From assembly GCA_016207165.1 (NCBI GenBank), contig JACQQD010000003.1:1-64000 (forward strand): a stretch of DNA of 64,000 nucleotides, written 5' to 3'. Below, one piece after another: positions 46,609 through 55,790 of this stretch. A program made the translations under genes and the position numbers. Under the pieces are notes generated by a model that saw only the letters and a list, made by a program, of their open reading frames with translations, made no database searches and was not told the DNA's origin. This DNA comes from Candidatus Micrarchaeota archaeon (lineage in GTDB: Archaea > Micrarchaeota > Micrarchaeia > Norongarragalinales > Norongarragalinaceae). The stretch's first letter is position 1. Every line of letters begins with the position of its first letter.

Positions 46609-47445
46609 ATGTTTTTGACCAGGGATGCCAAAAAGGGAATCGTCGCCACGCTTCAAAGCAAGATTGAAAAATATCCCGTGGTCGCCGTGGCTTCGCTCAA
46701 AGGCCTGCCGGCCAAGCAATACGGGTCCATCCGCAAGAAGACGCGCGAAAAAGCCCACATCGCGTTTGCACGACTGACCTTGATGAAGCGCGCCCTGGAG
46801 CAAAGCAAGCGCAAAGACGAGCTCAGGGACATTGACGCCGCGTTGGGCGACGGATCGGTGCTGGTGTTTTCCGAATTGGATGCCTTCACGTTGTACAAGC
46901 TTTTCAAGCAGAACAAGTCCAAGACCGCGGCGAAAGCCGGAGCCATTGCGCCCATCGACTTGGTCGTGCCCGCCGGAGAGACGAATCTTGCTCCGGGTCC
47001 GGTGCTCACCGAATTAAAGCAAGCCGGCATCCAAGCCAAAATCCAGGGCCCAAAAGTCGTGATTACCAAGGACGTCGTGGTCGCCAAGAAAGGCGAGCCC
47101 GTGTCCGACTCCGCCGCCATGGTCCTGTCCAAGTTGGGCATCGAACCCATGGAAGTGGGCCTGCAAGTCGAGAAAGTCTTTGACCACGGCACCCTGTACG
47201 CCGGCTCCGTCTTGGAAATCGACGAAGAGGCGGTAGTCCAGAGCCTGGTTTTGGCCCACCAGCAGGCCGTGAACTTGCTGGTGGAAGCGGAAATCTACAA
47301 CGACGTCTCGGCTCCCTTGATTTTGCTGAAAGCCCAGCGCGAGGCGTTGGCCATCCAAAAACTCGTCGAATCCAAGGCTCCGGCAAAAACCAAGGCCGAG
47401 GAAAAACCCGCCGAAGCGGCTTCCGCTTCGGAAGAGAAAAAATGA
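46609..47445 (+). CDS. rpl10: 50S ribosomal protein L10 (P0)
   Basis: AKAGAIAP.D..VPAG.T...PGP, LSKLGIEP. Confidence 0.95.
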   Translation: MFLTRDAKKGIVATLQSKIEKYPVVAVASLKGLPAKQYGSIRKKTREKAHIAFARLTLMKRALEQSKRKDELRDIDAALGDGSVLVFSELDAFTLYKLFKQNKSKTAAKAGAIAPIDLVVPAGETNLAPGPVLTELKQAGIQAKIQGPKVVITKDVVVAKKGEPVSDSAAMVLSKLGIEPMEVGLQVEKVFDHGTLYAGSVLEIDEEAVVQSLVLAHQQAVNLLVEAEIYNDVSAPLILLKAQREALAIQKLVESKAPAKTKAEEKPAEAASASEEKK

Positions 47446-47451
47446 AGGTGA

Positions 47452-47754
47452 ATGATCATGAAAGACGTATACGCCGCTCTGTTGCTGCACAAAGCCGGGC
47501 AACCCATCAACGAAGAAAACGTGAACAAAGTGTTGATGGCCGCCGGCGTGCAGGAAGACGCAACCAAGATTAAGGCGTTGTGCGTGGCCCTGGACGGCGT
47601 CAACATTGACGACGCCGTTTCGAAGGCCGCGGTCGTTGCCGCCGCTCCAAGCGTTGGAGCCGCGGGCGCCGCCGCTGAAGAAAAGAAGGAAGAGGAAAGC
47701 GCGGAGAAAAAGGAAGAGGAAGCCGCCGCCGGCTTGGCGTCGCTCTTCGGCTAA
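47452..47754 (+). CDS. rpl12: 50S ribosomal protein L12 (P1)
   Basis: YAALLLH, Ala-rich hinge, [13 protein letters not shown]. Confidence 0.97.
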   Translation: MIMKDVYAALLLHKAGQPINEENVNKVLMAAGVQEDATKIKALCVALDGVNIDDAVSKAAVVAAAPSVGAAGAAAEEKKEEESAEKKEEEAAAGLASLFG

Positions 47755-47838
47755 ACGTTCTCCCCGTTACCTTTTTTTTTCTTTTTTCGCACAACCCGGT
47801 CCACAGGCTAGCTATAGCGCAAGCCGCACTCTTTTTTT

Positions 47839-48393
47839 TTAATCCGAGGAAGCGTACGACTTCAGCCACGTCAAGACTTGCGTCCGGGCGAATTGTTCCG
47901 ATGCTTGCCACGCTTCGCGCTTGGGGGCCGAAAGTGCCTCATGGCCTCCCACGGGAAAATGCTTGACGGAACCAAAGAAGTCCTTGAGAAACAAGCGGAG
48001 TTGCCGGTAGTCCTCAGGACTCAATGGCACGACGGCGTGCTTTGTTGAAAGCGTGTCACCAAAAACCCCGGCAACCCCGGGCTTGGCAACGAGCTTTCTT
48101 TCCGTGTAATGGGACTTGGGCTGAACGTGAGACCCCAGAATCCACGACGTGGAATTCCATTCAAAGGGATGCAAGGTGAGTTGGACGTGCACTTGCGGGT
48201 TTCGGGCGTGGGCTTGGCATGCAAAGTGGGCGACAAAACGTCCACCGGAACCCAGGCGGCCTTGAAACGTCCAATTCACCACGCGGTCGTCGTCGCCTTT
48301 CGTGTCAAAAAGAGAAGCCGTGTTGCCGTGAAAGACTTCCGCGTTTCCCGGAGTCTCTATCTTCCGCAGTTCACGGAGGAACTCGGAAAGCAT
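47839..48393 (-). CDS. Hypothetical protein
   Basis: 184-aa ORF filling the gap. Confidence 0.55.
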   Translation of the reverse strand: MLSEFLRELRKIETPGNAEVFHGNTASLFDTKGDDDRVVNWTFQGRLGSGGRFVAHFACQAHARNPQVHVQLTLHPFEWNSTSWILGSHVQPKSHYTERKLVAKPGVAGVFGDTLSTKHAVVPLSPEDYRQLRLFLKDFFGSVKHFPVGGHEALSAPKREAWQASEQFARTQVLTWLKSYASSD

Positions 48394-48408
48394 ATCCGGC
48401 TTCGCGCC

Positions 48409-48828
48409 TCAACCGGCTTGTTGGTTGGTGGCCGACGGGCTCTGCAAATGGGGTTGGAAGACTTTGATGGGCGCGGAAATGTTGATGGCGTAACCCAACA
48501 GGGTGCCGACCGAGGACGCCGTGTACTCCAAGGAGCCCAGCAACCGTTCGGCCACGTCCTTGGGCAAGGCTTTCTGTTTTTTGAAGTGGTCCACCACGTT
48601 TTTGCGCTCGGCTTTGGGCCCTTCCAGCCACGCCTCGCCGATGACTTTCATTTCCGCCACATCCTTGGCGTAGTGGATGGTGTACTCGTAATCCACCACA
48701 ACGTCCTCGCCACGCTCGGATACATCCAAGACGTCGATGTTGACGTTGAGGCCCTCGAACTTGGCGTCGGTTTTCATGCGTTTGGCGGCGACCGAGACGA
48801 TGCGGCCCCCGCGAACTTTAACGGCCAT
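48409..48828 (-). CDS. Hypothetical archaeal protein
   Basis: 139-aa beta-rich ORF with host-like codon usage. Confidence 0.75.
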   Translation of the reverse strand: MAVKVRGGRIVSVAAKRMKTDAKFEGLNVNIDVLDVSERGEDVVVDYEYTIHYAKDVAEMKVIGEAWLEGPKAERKNVVDHFKKQKALPKDVAERLLGSLEYTASSVGTLLGYAINISAPIKVFQPHLQSPSATNQQAG

Positions 48829-48847
48829 AATACAAAGACACCTCGGG

Positions 48848-49522
48848 TTAGATTTCCAGGCTTTCTCCAGGCTGCATGACGTGAGGCAACGTCTTGGTTT
48901 GCTTCACGCGGCTTGCAAAATCCTTGGCGTCCGCCTGGATGTTGTCAAACGTATTGTAGTGCATGGGCACCACGTGTTTTAAACGCATGCGCTTGACGGC
49001 CGTGATGGCCGCCAAGACGTCCATGGTGTACGTGCCCCCAATGGGAACGAGGCCCACGTCGGCGGACACGCGGGACAAGTCGAAAAAGTCGTAGGTATCT
49101 CCCGAGTGGTACACGGACTGGCCTCCAACGGTGACGATGTAACCCACGGCATGCACGCTTTGAGGATGCTTAGCCGCCACCACCTGCACGTCCATGCCTT
49201 GAATGGTGAACCGCTCGCCTTCGGAGACGGCCATCTTCAGCCGCTCCGGCACGTTCAACCCCTCCAACGTCTCCAGGGGAGCGATGATCTGACACATGTT
49301 GCGCGTGACGACTTGCTCCAACGTCGCGGGGTCGCGGTGGTCGAAGTGCTCATGCGAGACGAAGACGGCGTCCACATCGCGGAACTGGGAGGCCGACGCG
49401 GCCGGCGGCACGCGCCGCGGCGTCTTGGAGTTGGAGTCCTTGGACAGCCAAGGGTCAAACAACACGTGCTTGCCGCCGATTCTTACGGAAAAGCCGGAAT
49501 GCCCCAAGTACAACAGTTCCAT
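48848..49522 (-). CDS. MBL-fold metallo-hydrolase (UPF0173-like)
   Basis: LGHSGF, SHEHFDH, HSGDT, PIGG.YTM, PMHY. Confidence 0.92.
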   Translation of the reverse strand: MELLYLGHSGFSVRIGGKHVLFDPWLSKDSNSKTPRRVPPAASASQFRDVDAVFVSHEHFDHRDPATLEQVVTRNMCQIIAPLETLEGLNVPERLKMAVSEGERFTIQGMDVQVVAAKHPQSVHAVGYIVTVGGQSVYHSGDTYDFFDLSRVSADVGLVPIGGTYTMDVLAAITAVKRMRLKHVVPMHYNTFDNIQADAKDFASRVKQTKTLPHVMQPGESLEI

Positions 49523-49575
49523 CAACGGAAAATGAAAGGGTCGGCTTTTATAGATTCGGTTCATTTAAGCCGATT

Positions 49576-50403
49576 ATGCGCTTTGGTCCAGCAGGCGTAC
49601 CCATTCGATCCAATCAACGGTCCAGTTTGGCGGGGGTGCAAGTCACCGCGGACTTGGGTTTGGACGCCATGGAACTGGAGTTCGTGCATGGCTGCCGCAT
49701 GAACGACGAATCCGCGAAAGCCGTGGGCGCCATGGCCAAGGAAAAAGGCGTTTCGTTGTCTTGCCACGCCTCCTATTACCTGAACCTGTTGTCTCCCGAA
49801 AAAAACAAACTTGAAAAAACCCTGCACGAACTCACGCGGACCGCCGAAGTCTTGGCCCTGGCCGGCGGAAAACGCATCGTGTTTCATTCGGGATTCTACT
49901 TGGGCATGAACCCCGCCAAAGCGTATGCGGCCATGAAGAAACAGTACGAGGCCCTTGCCAAAACCATTTCAAAAAACGATTGGAACGCGGTTTTGGCCCC
50001 GGAAGTGACTGGAAAAAAAAGCCAGTTTGGCTCCTTGGAAGAAGTATACGGTTTGGCGGCCGACATCGGCTACGACAAAATCCAGCCTTGCATCGACTGG
50101 GGGCACGTTCACGCCCGCGACAACGGCGCCTTGAATCAACCCGAAGAGTTCGAAAAAGTGCTGGAAACCGTGGAAAAATTCGTCGGCAAAGAGGGACTCA
50201 AGACCCTGCACTGCCACATCGAGGGCATCCGGTTCACGGAGAAAGGCGAGAGAAACCATTTGCGCATCACGGAGGGCCCCCCGGACTACAAGCAAATCAT
50301 CCGGGCACTCAAAACGTTCAAGTGCGATGGCACCTTGATTTGCGAGAGCCCGGCCATGGAAGACGATGCCTTACTCCTCCAAAAAGCGTGGAAAACGGCC
50401 TAA
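49576..50403 (+). CDS. nfo: Endonuclease IV (AP endonuclease)
   Basis: FGPAG, HASYYLNL, FHSG, PEVTGK, IDWGHVHAR, H.H, ESP. Confidence 0.92.
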   Translation: MRFGPAGVPIRSNQRSSLAGVQVTADLGLDAMELEFVHGCRMNDESAKAVGAMAKEKGVSLSCHASYYLNLLSPEKNKLEKTLHELTRTAEVLALAGGKRIVFHSGFYLGMNPAKAYAAMKKQYEALAKTISKNDWNAVLAPEVTGKKSQFGSLEEVYGLAADIGYDKIQPCIDWGHVHARDNGALNQPEEFEKVLETVEKFVGKEGLKTLHCHIEGIRFTEKGERNHLRITEGPPDYKQIIRALKTFKCDGTLICESPAMEDDALLLQKAWKTA

Positions 50404-51217
50404 AAGGGGATTGGGTCCGCCAGCAAGACCTCGTGACGCAGGTGCGGGCGCACGCCGTCAAGGATTCGTTGATACTGTTCGCGCAAACCATTCGGCGGAA
50501 GCCTTGCGGAAAGCACCACGGCGTGCGGCCCGCCGGCAAACACGCGCACCAGGGGCGCGCCATGCACCCAAGGCACCAGAACAGATTCAAACCGTTTCTT
50601 CCATGCTTTAACCTGGGAAAAAGACAGCAAGGACTTCTCGTCGGGATTTTCTCCCGTGCGCGCGGGAACCGTCAAGTTCACGCGGGCAAACGGTTCAGCC
50701 AAAGTGGACCCTGGAAAACCATCCGAAGCGGGTACCCCAGACCCAACAAAAATTTCTTTGCCTTTCTTCCCTCGTAAATCTCCTTGCTGATTTGCACGGA
50801 CTCCGACAACGCCTTCAATTCCTTTTCAAGAAGCGCCACCGAGGGCTCCGGAAGCATGGGGGGAAGCGTATCGGGGTGCCGGGGCAACGCAATGGAAGGC
50901 TTGGAAAACACCACCAAAAGCCGGTTGCCCAAAGACCGGTACGTCCAATCGGCTTCGGGTCGGATGCGAAGCCACTGCAAGTCAGCGTACAGGTTCCTCC
51001 AGTCCTGCCGGAACTTCGGCGCCAGTGTGGAGGAACCGATGACCGCGCTGGCTTGCGCGCGCAAAAAAGCCCTCACCAAAGGCCCTGCCAAATCCGGGGA
51101 ATGCTCAAACAAACCGTTTCGGTTGGGCAATTCAACAGCCCAATACGAACGAGGGCCCTGCGTGGAAGGAGGCAACTTGAAATGGTGAAGCGTCAGGCGG
51201 CGCGCGGTAGAACCCAT
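50400..51217 (-). other. Two overlapping hypothetical ORFs, possibly one frameshifted gene
   Basis: ORF 51217-50678 overlaps ORF 50702-50400 in another frame; second frame is open well upstream of its TTG. Confidence 0.45.
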
Positions 51218-51264
51218 CCAACCGGAGTATAACGCAACCCATAAAAAGCGTTTTCCGCCTCTGT

Positions 51265-52035
51265 TTGAAGGAACAGAACCATCAGAACCAAGCGCGTGTA
51301 TTTTACGTGGCCAAAAAAGAATTCTCTTCATTGTACGTGGGGTTGGGCGCCTTGGCGGTGCTTCTCGTCGTGGGCGTCGCCTACGTCGCGTTTTTGCAAC
51401 CCGTTTTAAGCCAACCCACGCCGACGCCCAGCGCACCCGTCATCACTTCGAACAACGCCAACCCCTCCATCCCAGCCCAAGCGGTTCTCACCGGCAAGCC
51501 CAGCTGTTCCACCAACGCCAGCACGCCCGTGCTGTTGTTTCACGACCCGTACTGCCCCGCGTGCGCGGCCAACGAACCCATCCTCAACGCCTTCTACAAG
51601 AAGTACGCCGGTTCCGCGGACATCCAGTACCGCTTCGTGGCCACGCATTCCAGGCAAATGGCCCAGCAATTCGGCATCAACGAAACGTTCATCGCCCACG
51701 ACTACCACGTGTGCGCGCAGGACCAAGGCCGACTCCAGGAATTCAAGGCCTGCTTTTACCGCACGCTTGAAATCCAGGACGGCCAGTACCTGCCCATGAA
51801 CGACTCCACGCTTCGCGACTGCGCCGTGGTTCAAAGCGGGTTAGACCAAGCGCAACTGGACGCGTGCTTGCAGACGGCGCGGGCCCGCATCGACGAACAA
51901 CTGCTGGAGGCCGCGGACTTTGGCGGCGGCACGTATTTTACGCCCATGGCCGTCGTGGGATGCGAGTACCGCGTGAACTCGGCGCTGGTGGAAGAAACGT
52001 ATTGCGCGGTTTCAGGCGCCTGCCCAACCGCTTAA
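51265..52035 (+). CDS. Membrane-anchored thioredoxin/DsbA-like protein
   Basis: N-terminal TM, DPYCPAC (CxxC), cis-Pro TP motif. Confidence 0.8.
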   Translation: MKEQNHQNQARVFYVAKKEFSSLYVGLGALAVLLVVGVAYVAFLQPVLSQPTPTPSAPVITSNNANPSIPAQAVLTGKPSCSTNASTPVLLFHDPYCPACAANEPILNAFYKKYAGSADIQYRFVATHSRQMAQQFGINETFIAHDYHVCAQDQGRLQEFKACFYRTLEIQDGQYLPMNDSTLRDCAVVQSGLDQAQLDACLQTARARIDEQLLEAADFGGGTYFTPMAVVGCEYRVNSALVEETYCAVSGACPTA

Positions 52036-52063
52036 AAGCATCCAAAGCGTGGTATTTCGACAT

Positions 52064-53521
52064 ATGCTTCGAAGCATTCAGCCCAAGCAGGACTGGAACC
52101 AACGCGTGCTGCGCGTACTGAAGGAAGCCCCCAAACTCAAGAAGCTCCGCGTCTTGGCGGGGTTTAACGCGGTCACAGACTACATCAAGTTCGTGGATTC
52201 CAAAACCGTGCTGAAAGCCTTCAGCGGATTGGATGAAGCGGAACGCAAAAAAGCGCTGGACAAAAGCCAATCCGACGCCAACCACCTAACCCACCCCAGA
52301 GACTTTTTGGCGCAGCTTTTCCGGTGCATGCGCATCGGCAAAGCGGGTTTAGTCGTCGCGTCCCCGGAAGTGCTCAAGTGGCTGGACGACGCCTTTGGCG
52401 CGCCGGACGAAAAGCGCTTGGGGGGACAAGCCGCCCTGATGGCCGCCCAACTCTCGGAATTGGGAGCCCGCGCCTGCATCTACCCCGCCAACCTGTCCGT
52501 GGACCAAGCCAAACTGATTCCCGACGACGTCTGCGTGCCGGTGGCCGACAAAAAGAAACTCAAGCTCGCAAAGCCCCTGAAAGCCGCCCGACCCGAAGAC
52601 CCCACCCAAACCAGTTGGATTTTTGAATTCACCCACGGCCAAGTCCTGGAACTGCCTGGCGAACGCATCGAGTGCCCACGGCAGAACCGCCTCATCGTCG
52701 CCTACCCCTCCAACTACACCGCCGCCTTCAAGAAAGACATGGAACCCGCGCTGCCCAAGCTCGCCAAGCAAATCGACGTACTGCTCGTGTCCGGCTACCA
52801 TGCCCTGGACGCCAAAACCGCGAAAAAGGAGTTGGCCACGATAACGGACCAACTCAAAAAGATGCGCAACGCCAACAAGAAAATCCAAGTCCACTACGAA
52901 TTCGTGCCCTACGAGGATGACGCCGTCGGAAAAGCCGCCCTCAAGGCGCTCTCCGGCCTCATTGACAGCATGGGCATGAATGAAGTGGAGCTCGTCAACG
53001 TCTTGAAGTTGTTGGGATTCAAGAAAAACGCGCAGGACATCGAAAAACACGAGTGCGCCGAAACGCTCTACGAAGGCGCGGCCGCCGTCCTGGAAAAACT
53101 CCGGCTTCAACGCGTCCACGTGCACAGCCTCGGCTACAACGTTCTGGTCGTATCCAAGAAAGTGGACGCCGACGCGGCGCGCGACGGCGCGCTTTTTGGC
53201 TCCGCGGCCGCCACCGTCAAATCCACGACCGGTAAATTGGGCCAAGCCGAATTTTCCAAGGAGGTCTTCCTCAAAATTTCCGAAACCGGGTACAACCAAA
53301 TCGGGCAATTCGAGTCCTCCATCTGGGACTCGTGGCAGAAAAAGAAGCGAAAACCCATTTCCTCTCTTTTAAGAAAACAGTTCATGAGCTCCGGCATCTT
53401 CGACGAACAAAAAACGCATACCGCCATCATCGTTCCGGCGCCAGTGGCTACCGGGTTAAAGACCACCGTGGGATTGGGCGACGTCGTCTCGGCGTGCGCC
53501 ATTGCCTTCCAAGCCGCCTGA
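52064..53521 (+). CDS. ADP-dependent glucokinase/phosphofructokinase
   Basis: GFNAVTD, RLGGQA, IFEF, RQNR, SGYH, GMNEVE, TVGLGD. Confidence 0.92.
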   Translation: MLRSIQPKQDWNQRVLRVLKEAPKLKKLRVLAGFNAVTDYIKFVDSKTVLKAFSGLDEAERKKALDKSQSDANHLTHPRDFLAQLFRCMRIGKAGLVVASPEVLKWLDDAFGAPDEKRLGGQAALMAAQLSELGARACIYPANLSVDQAKLIPDDVCVPVADKKKLKLAKPLKAARPEDPTQTSWIFEFTHGQVLELPGERIECPRQNRLIVAYPSNYTAAFKKDMEPALPKLAKQIDVLLVSGYHALDAKTAKKELATITDQLKKMRNANKKIQVHYEFVPYEDDAVGKAALKALSGLIDSMGMNEVELVNVLKLLGFKKNAQDIEKHECAETLYEGAAAVLEKLRLQRVHVHSLGYNVLVVSKKVDADAARDGALFGSAAATVKSTTGKLGQAEFSKEVFLKISETGYNQIGQFESSIWDSWQKKKRKPISSLLRKQFMSSGIFDEQKTHTAIIVPAPVATGLKTTVGLGDVVSACAIAFQAA

Positions 53522-53526
53522 AACCC

Positions 53527-54183
53527 ATGAGCCCCCCGCTTCCCCGCATCATTGGCGTTGAACATTACCCCTGGAACTTGGACGAAGCAAAAAAAGTCGT
53601 TGACGCACTCCCCGGAAGCTCCCGCGTGGGCCTGGAAATGGATTTGCCGCCCTTACTCCACGAGGCCTTCCAGAAAAAGTACCCCCGTCTGACTGGATCC
53701 GGAATTTACGGCGCCACCGGTTTTTTCAATGAACTGGCGAAGTACGCGACGAAGCGCGGCCACACCATCGTGTGGCTGGACCACCCGACGCGATCCATGG
53801 CAGGCGTACACCCCCTGCTTGAAAAAATGGAGCGGTACCTGGACCAACGCGCAAAAAATGGCGAACCCGCCGACATGCTACCGGTCCAAATGATATTCGG
53901 TTTTCGGGCGTTGACCCAAAGGCTCGCGCCATTCCGATCCAAAATCATGGCGCACAAAATACGTCGGACGCCATGGGCGGAAACGGACGTGGCCCTTTTG
54001 GGGGGCTTCCACGCCGAAGACGTGGCCGAGGCACTCAATGCACGCGTGGAGAAACAGATCGGCGAAACCACGCCTCAACAAGCCCGTAACGCCCGAAACG
54101 CATTCGAAGAATTTCGGTCAACGCAGGACGTGCGCCAATGGGTGGACGATTTCCTAAAGGGGCTCAAACAGCAAGGCACTTGA
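53527..54183 (+). CDS. Hypothetical protein, TraB/Tiki/EreA-ChaN-like fold
   Basis: IIGVEH, VGLE, VWLD, R.KIMA..I, LLGGFHA motifs. Confidence 0.55.
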   Translation: MSPPLPRIIGVEHYPWNLDEAKKVVDALPGSSRVGLEMDLPPLLHEAFQKKYPRLTGSGIYGATGFFNELAKYATKRGHTIVWLDHPTRSMAGVHPLLEKMERYLDQRAKNGEPADMLPVQMIFGFRALTQRLAPFRSKIMAHKIRRTPWAETDVALLGGFHAEDVAEALNARVEKQIGETTPQQARNARNAFEEFRSTQDVRQWVDDFLKGLKQQGT

Positions 54184-54229
54184 CGCCACCCCCCGCAAAA
54201 ACCATTTAAACCCGGCTTGCCACCAAGAA

Positions 54230-54373
54230 CAACGGTTGGAATGGCCCGGGATTTACTTTGCCGTTGAAAACGTCGTTTTAGCGTCCAGCCCGTTGCTTTT
54301 TCAATGTCGTTGTCCCTTGAAAGCCCAGCGTTAGCTTGGCCCCGGAACGCGTTGGGAAGAAGGACAACGAAAA
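54230..54373 (+). promoter_or_regulatory. Structured leader of the cysteine operon
   Basis: TTTAAA at 54205-54210; stems CAACGG/CCGTTG and TCGTTGTCC/GGACAACGA covering the RBS region; uORF MARDLLCR at 54241-54267. Confidence 0.45.
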
Positions 54374-54778
54374 ATGAGGGAGAACATCATGATCATGGAA
54401 ACGCGCCGGCTTTGGGCGCATGAAGAAACAAGGCCCGAACACAAGGAACACTTGAAAAAACAGATTGTGGAAAGCCAGACCATCACGCCCATCGTGGTGG
54501 ACCGGGAGACCTTCGTGGTTTTGGACGGCCACCACCGCCTGCAAATCGTCCAAGAACTGGGTTTTGGAAAAATACCCGTGCACTGGATGGATTACGGCGA
54601 CGCGTCCATCGAAGTGAAAGCCTACGACACCGGAACGCCCTTGGACAAGGCGCACGTGATTGCGCGCGCCAAACAAAAAAGGTTGTACCCGCCGAAAAGC
54701 ACGCGGCACACGTATCAAGGAAAACACGTGTCCGAGTGGACGGAAAAACACCCGGTTTCACTATCGGAGTTGAAATGA
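54374..54778 (+). CDS. ParB/Srx-fold protein, SerK/SbnI-like (putative serine kinase)
   Basis: AHEE, PIVVD..VLDGHHR, IPV..DY, YPPKSTRH; first gene of the cysteine operon. Confidence 0.65.
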   Translation: MRENIMIMETRRLWAHEETRPEHKEHLKKQIVESQTITPIVVDRETFVVLDGHHRLQIVQELGFGKIPVHWMDYGDASIEVKAYDTGTPLDKAHVIARAKQKRLYPPKSTRHTYQGKHVSEWTEKHPVSLSELK

Positions 54779-54781
54779 CGA

Positions 54782-55726
54782 ATGCATGAATCCATCCTGG
54801 ACGCCGTGGGAAACACGCCTCTGGTCAAACTCAAGAAAATCGGCAAAAACCTCGGCGCCCGACTCTACGCGAAAGTCGAGTACGTCAACCCCGGCGGATC
54901 CGTCAAGGACCGCATGGCCATCCAAATGGTGGCCGACGCCGAAAAACAAGGGTTGCTGAAAAAAGGCGGCACCCTCGTCGAGCCCACGTCCGGCAACACC
55001 GGTGCGGGATTGGCCGTGGTGGCCGCCGTCAAAGGCTACCACTGCATTTTCGTTGTACCGGACAAAGTCAGCCCCGAAAAAATCGACTTGCTGAAAGCCT
55101 ACGGTGCCGAAGTCGTCGTCACGCCCACCAACGTGGAACGCGAGGACCCCCAAAGCTATTACTCCGTCGCCGACCGCTTGGCCAAAGAAAGAAACGCATT
55201 CCAGCCCAACCAGTACTTCAACCCCTCCAACCCCTTGGCGCACTACGCGTCCACGGGCCCTGAAATCTGGGAACAAACCAAAGGCAACGTCACGCATTTC
55301 GTGGCCGGCATGGGAACCGGAGGCACGATTTCAGGAGTCTCGAAATTCCTCAAAGAACAAAACCCGAAAATCCAGGTGGTGGGCGCGGACCCGGAAGGCT
55401 CCATTTACTCGTCCAAAGACATCCACCAGTACAAAGTCGAAGGCATTGGCGAAGACTTTTACCCCGGAACCATGGACCTCAAATTGGTGGACCGCATCAT
55501 TCAGACGCACGACGCGGAAAGCCTGTCCATGACGCGCCGGCTCGCGCGAGAAGAAGGCATCCTGGTTGGCGGGTCCTCGGGGGCGGCCACCGTGGCGGCC
55601 GTGAAACTCGCCGAAGAACTGGAAAAAGACGCGCTGGTCGTCGTGCTCTTGCCCGATGGCGGACGAGGTTACCTCAGCAAAGTCTTCTCCGACGCGTGGA
55701 TGGAAAAAAACGGTTTTGAAGTGTGA
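54782..55726 (+). CDS. PLP-dependent cystathionine beta-synthase / cysteine synthase
   Basis: VGNTPL, NPGGSVKDR, EPTSGNTG, GMGTGGT, VEGIGED, GGSSG. Confidence 0.93.
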   Translation: MHESILDAVGNTPLVKLKKIGKNLGARLYAKVEYVNPGGSVKDRMAIQMVADAEKQGLLKKGGTLVEPTSGNTGAGLAVVAAVKGYHCIFVVPDKVSPEKIDLLKAYGAEVVVTPTNVEREDPQSYYSVADRLAKERNAFQPNQYFNPSNPLAHYASTGPEIWEQTKGNVTHFVAGMGTGGTISGVSKFLKEQNPKIQVVGADPEGSIYSSKDIHQYKVEGIGEDFYPGTMDLKLVDRIIQTHDAESLSMTRRLAREEGILVGGSSGAATVAAVKLAEELEKDALVVVLLPDGGRGYLSKVFSDAWMEKNGFEV

Positions 55727-55790
55727 CCATGCGGTTGAACACGAACGTTTTGCTGAAACAAAACGATTCACGAAAAAGGGGTCTGGCGCA

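Noticed and set aside
54374-54778. Chromosome-partition ParB
   Set aside because: No HTH or dimerisation domain and no parA; the cysteine-operon context favours a SerK/SbnI-like enzyme
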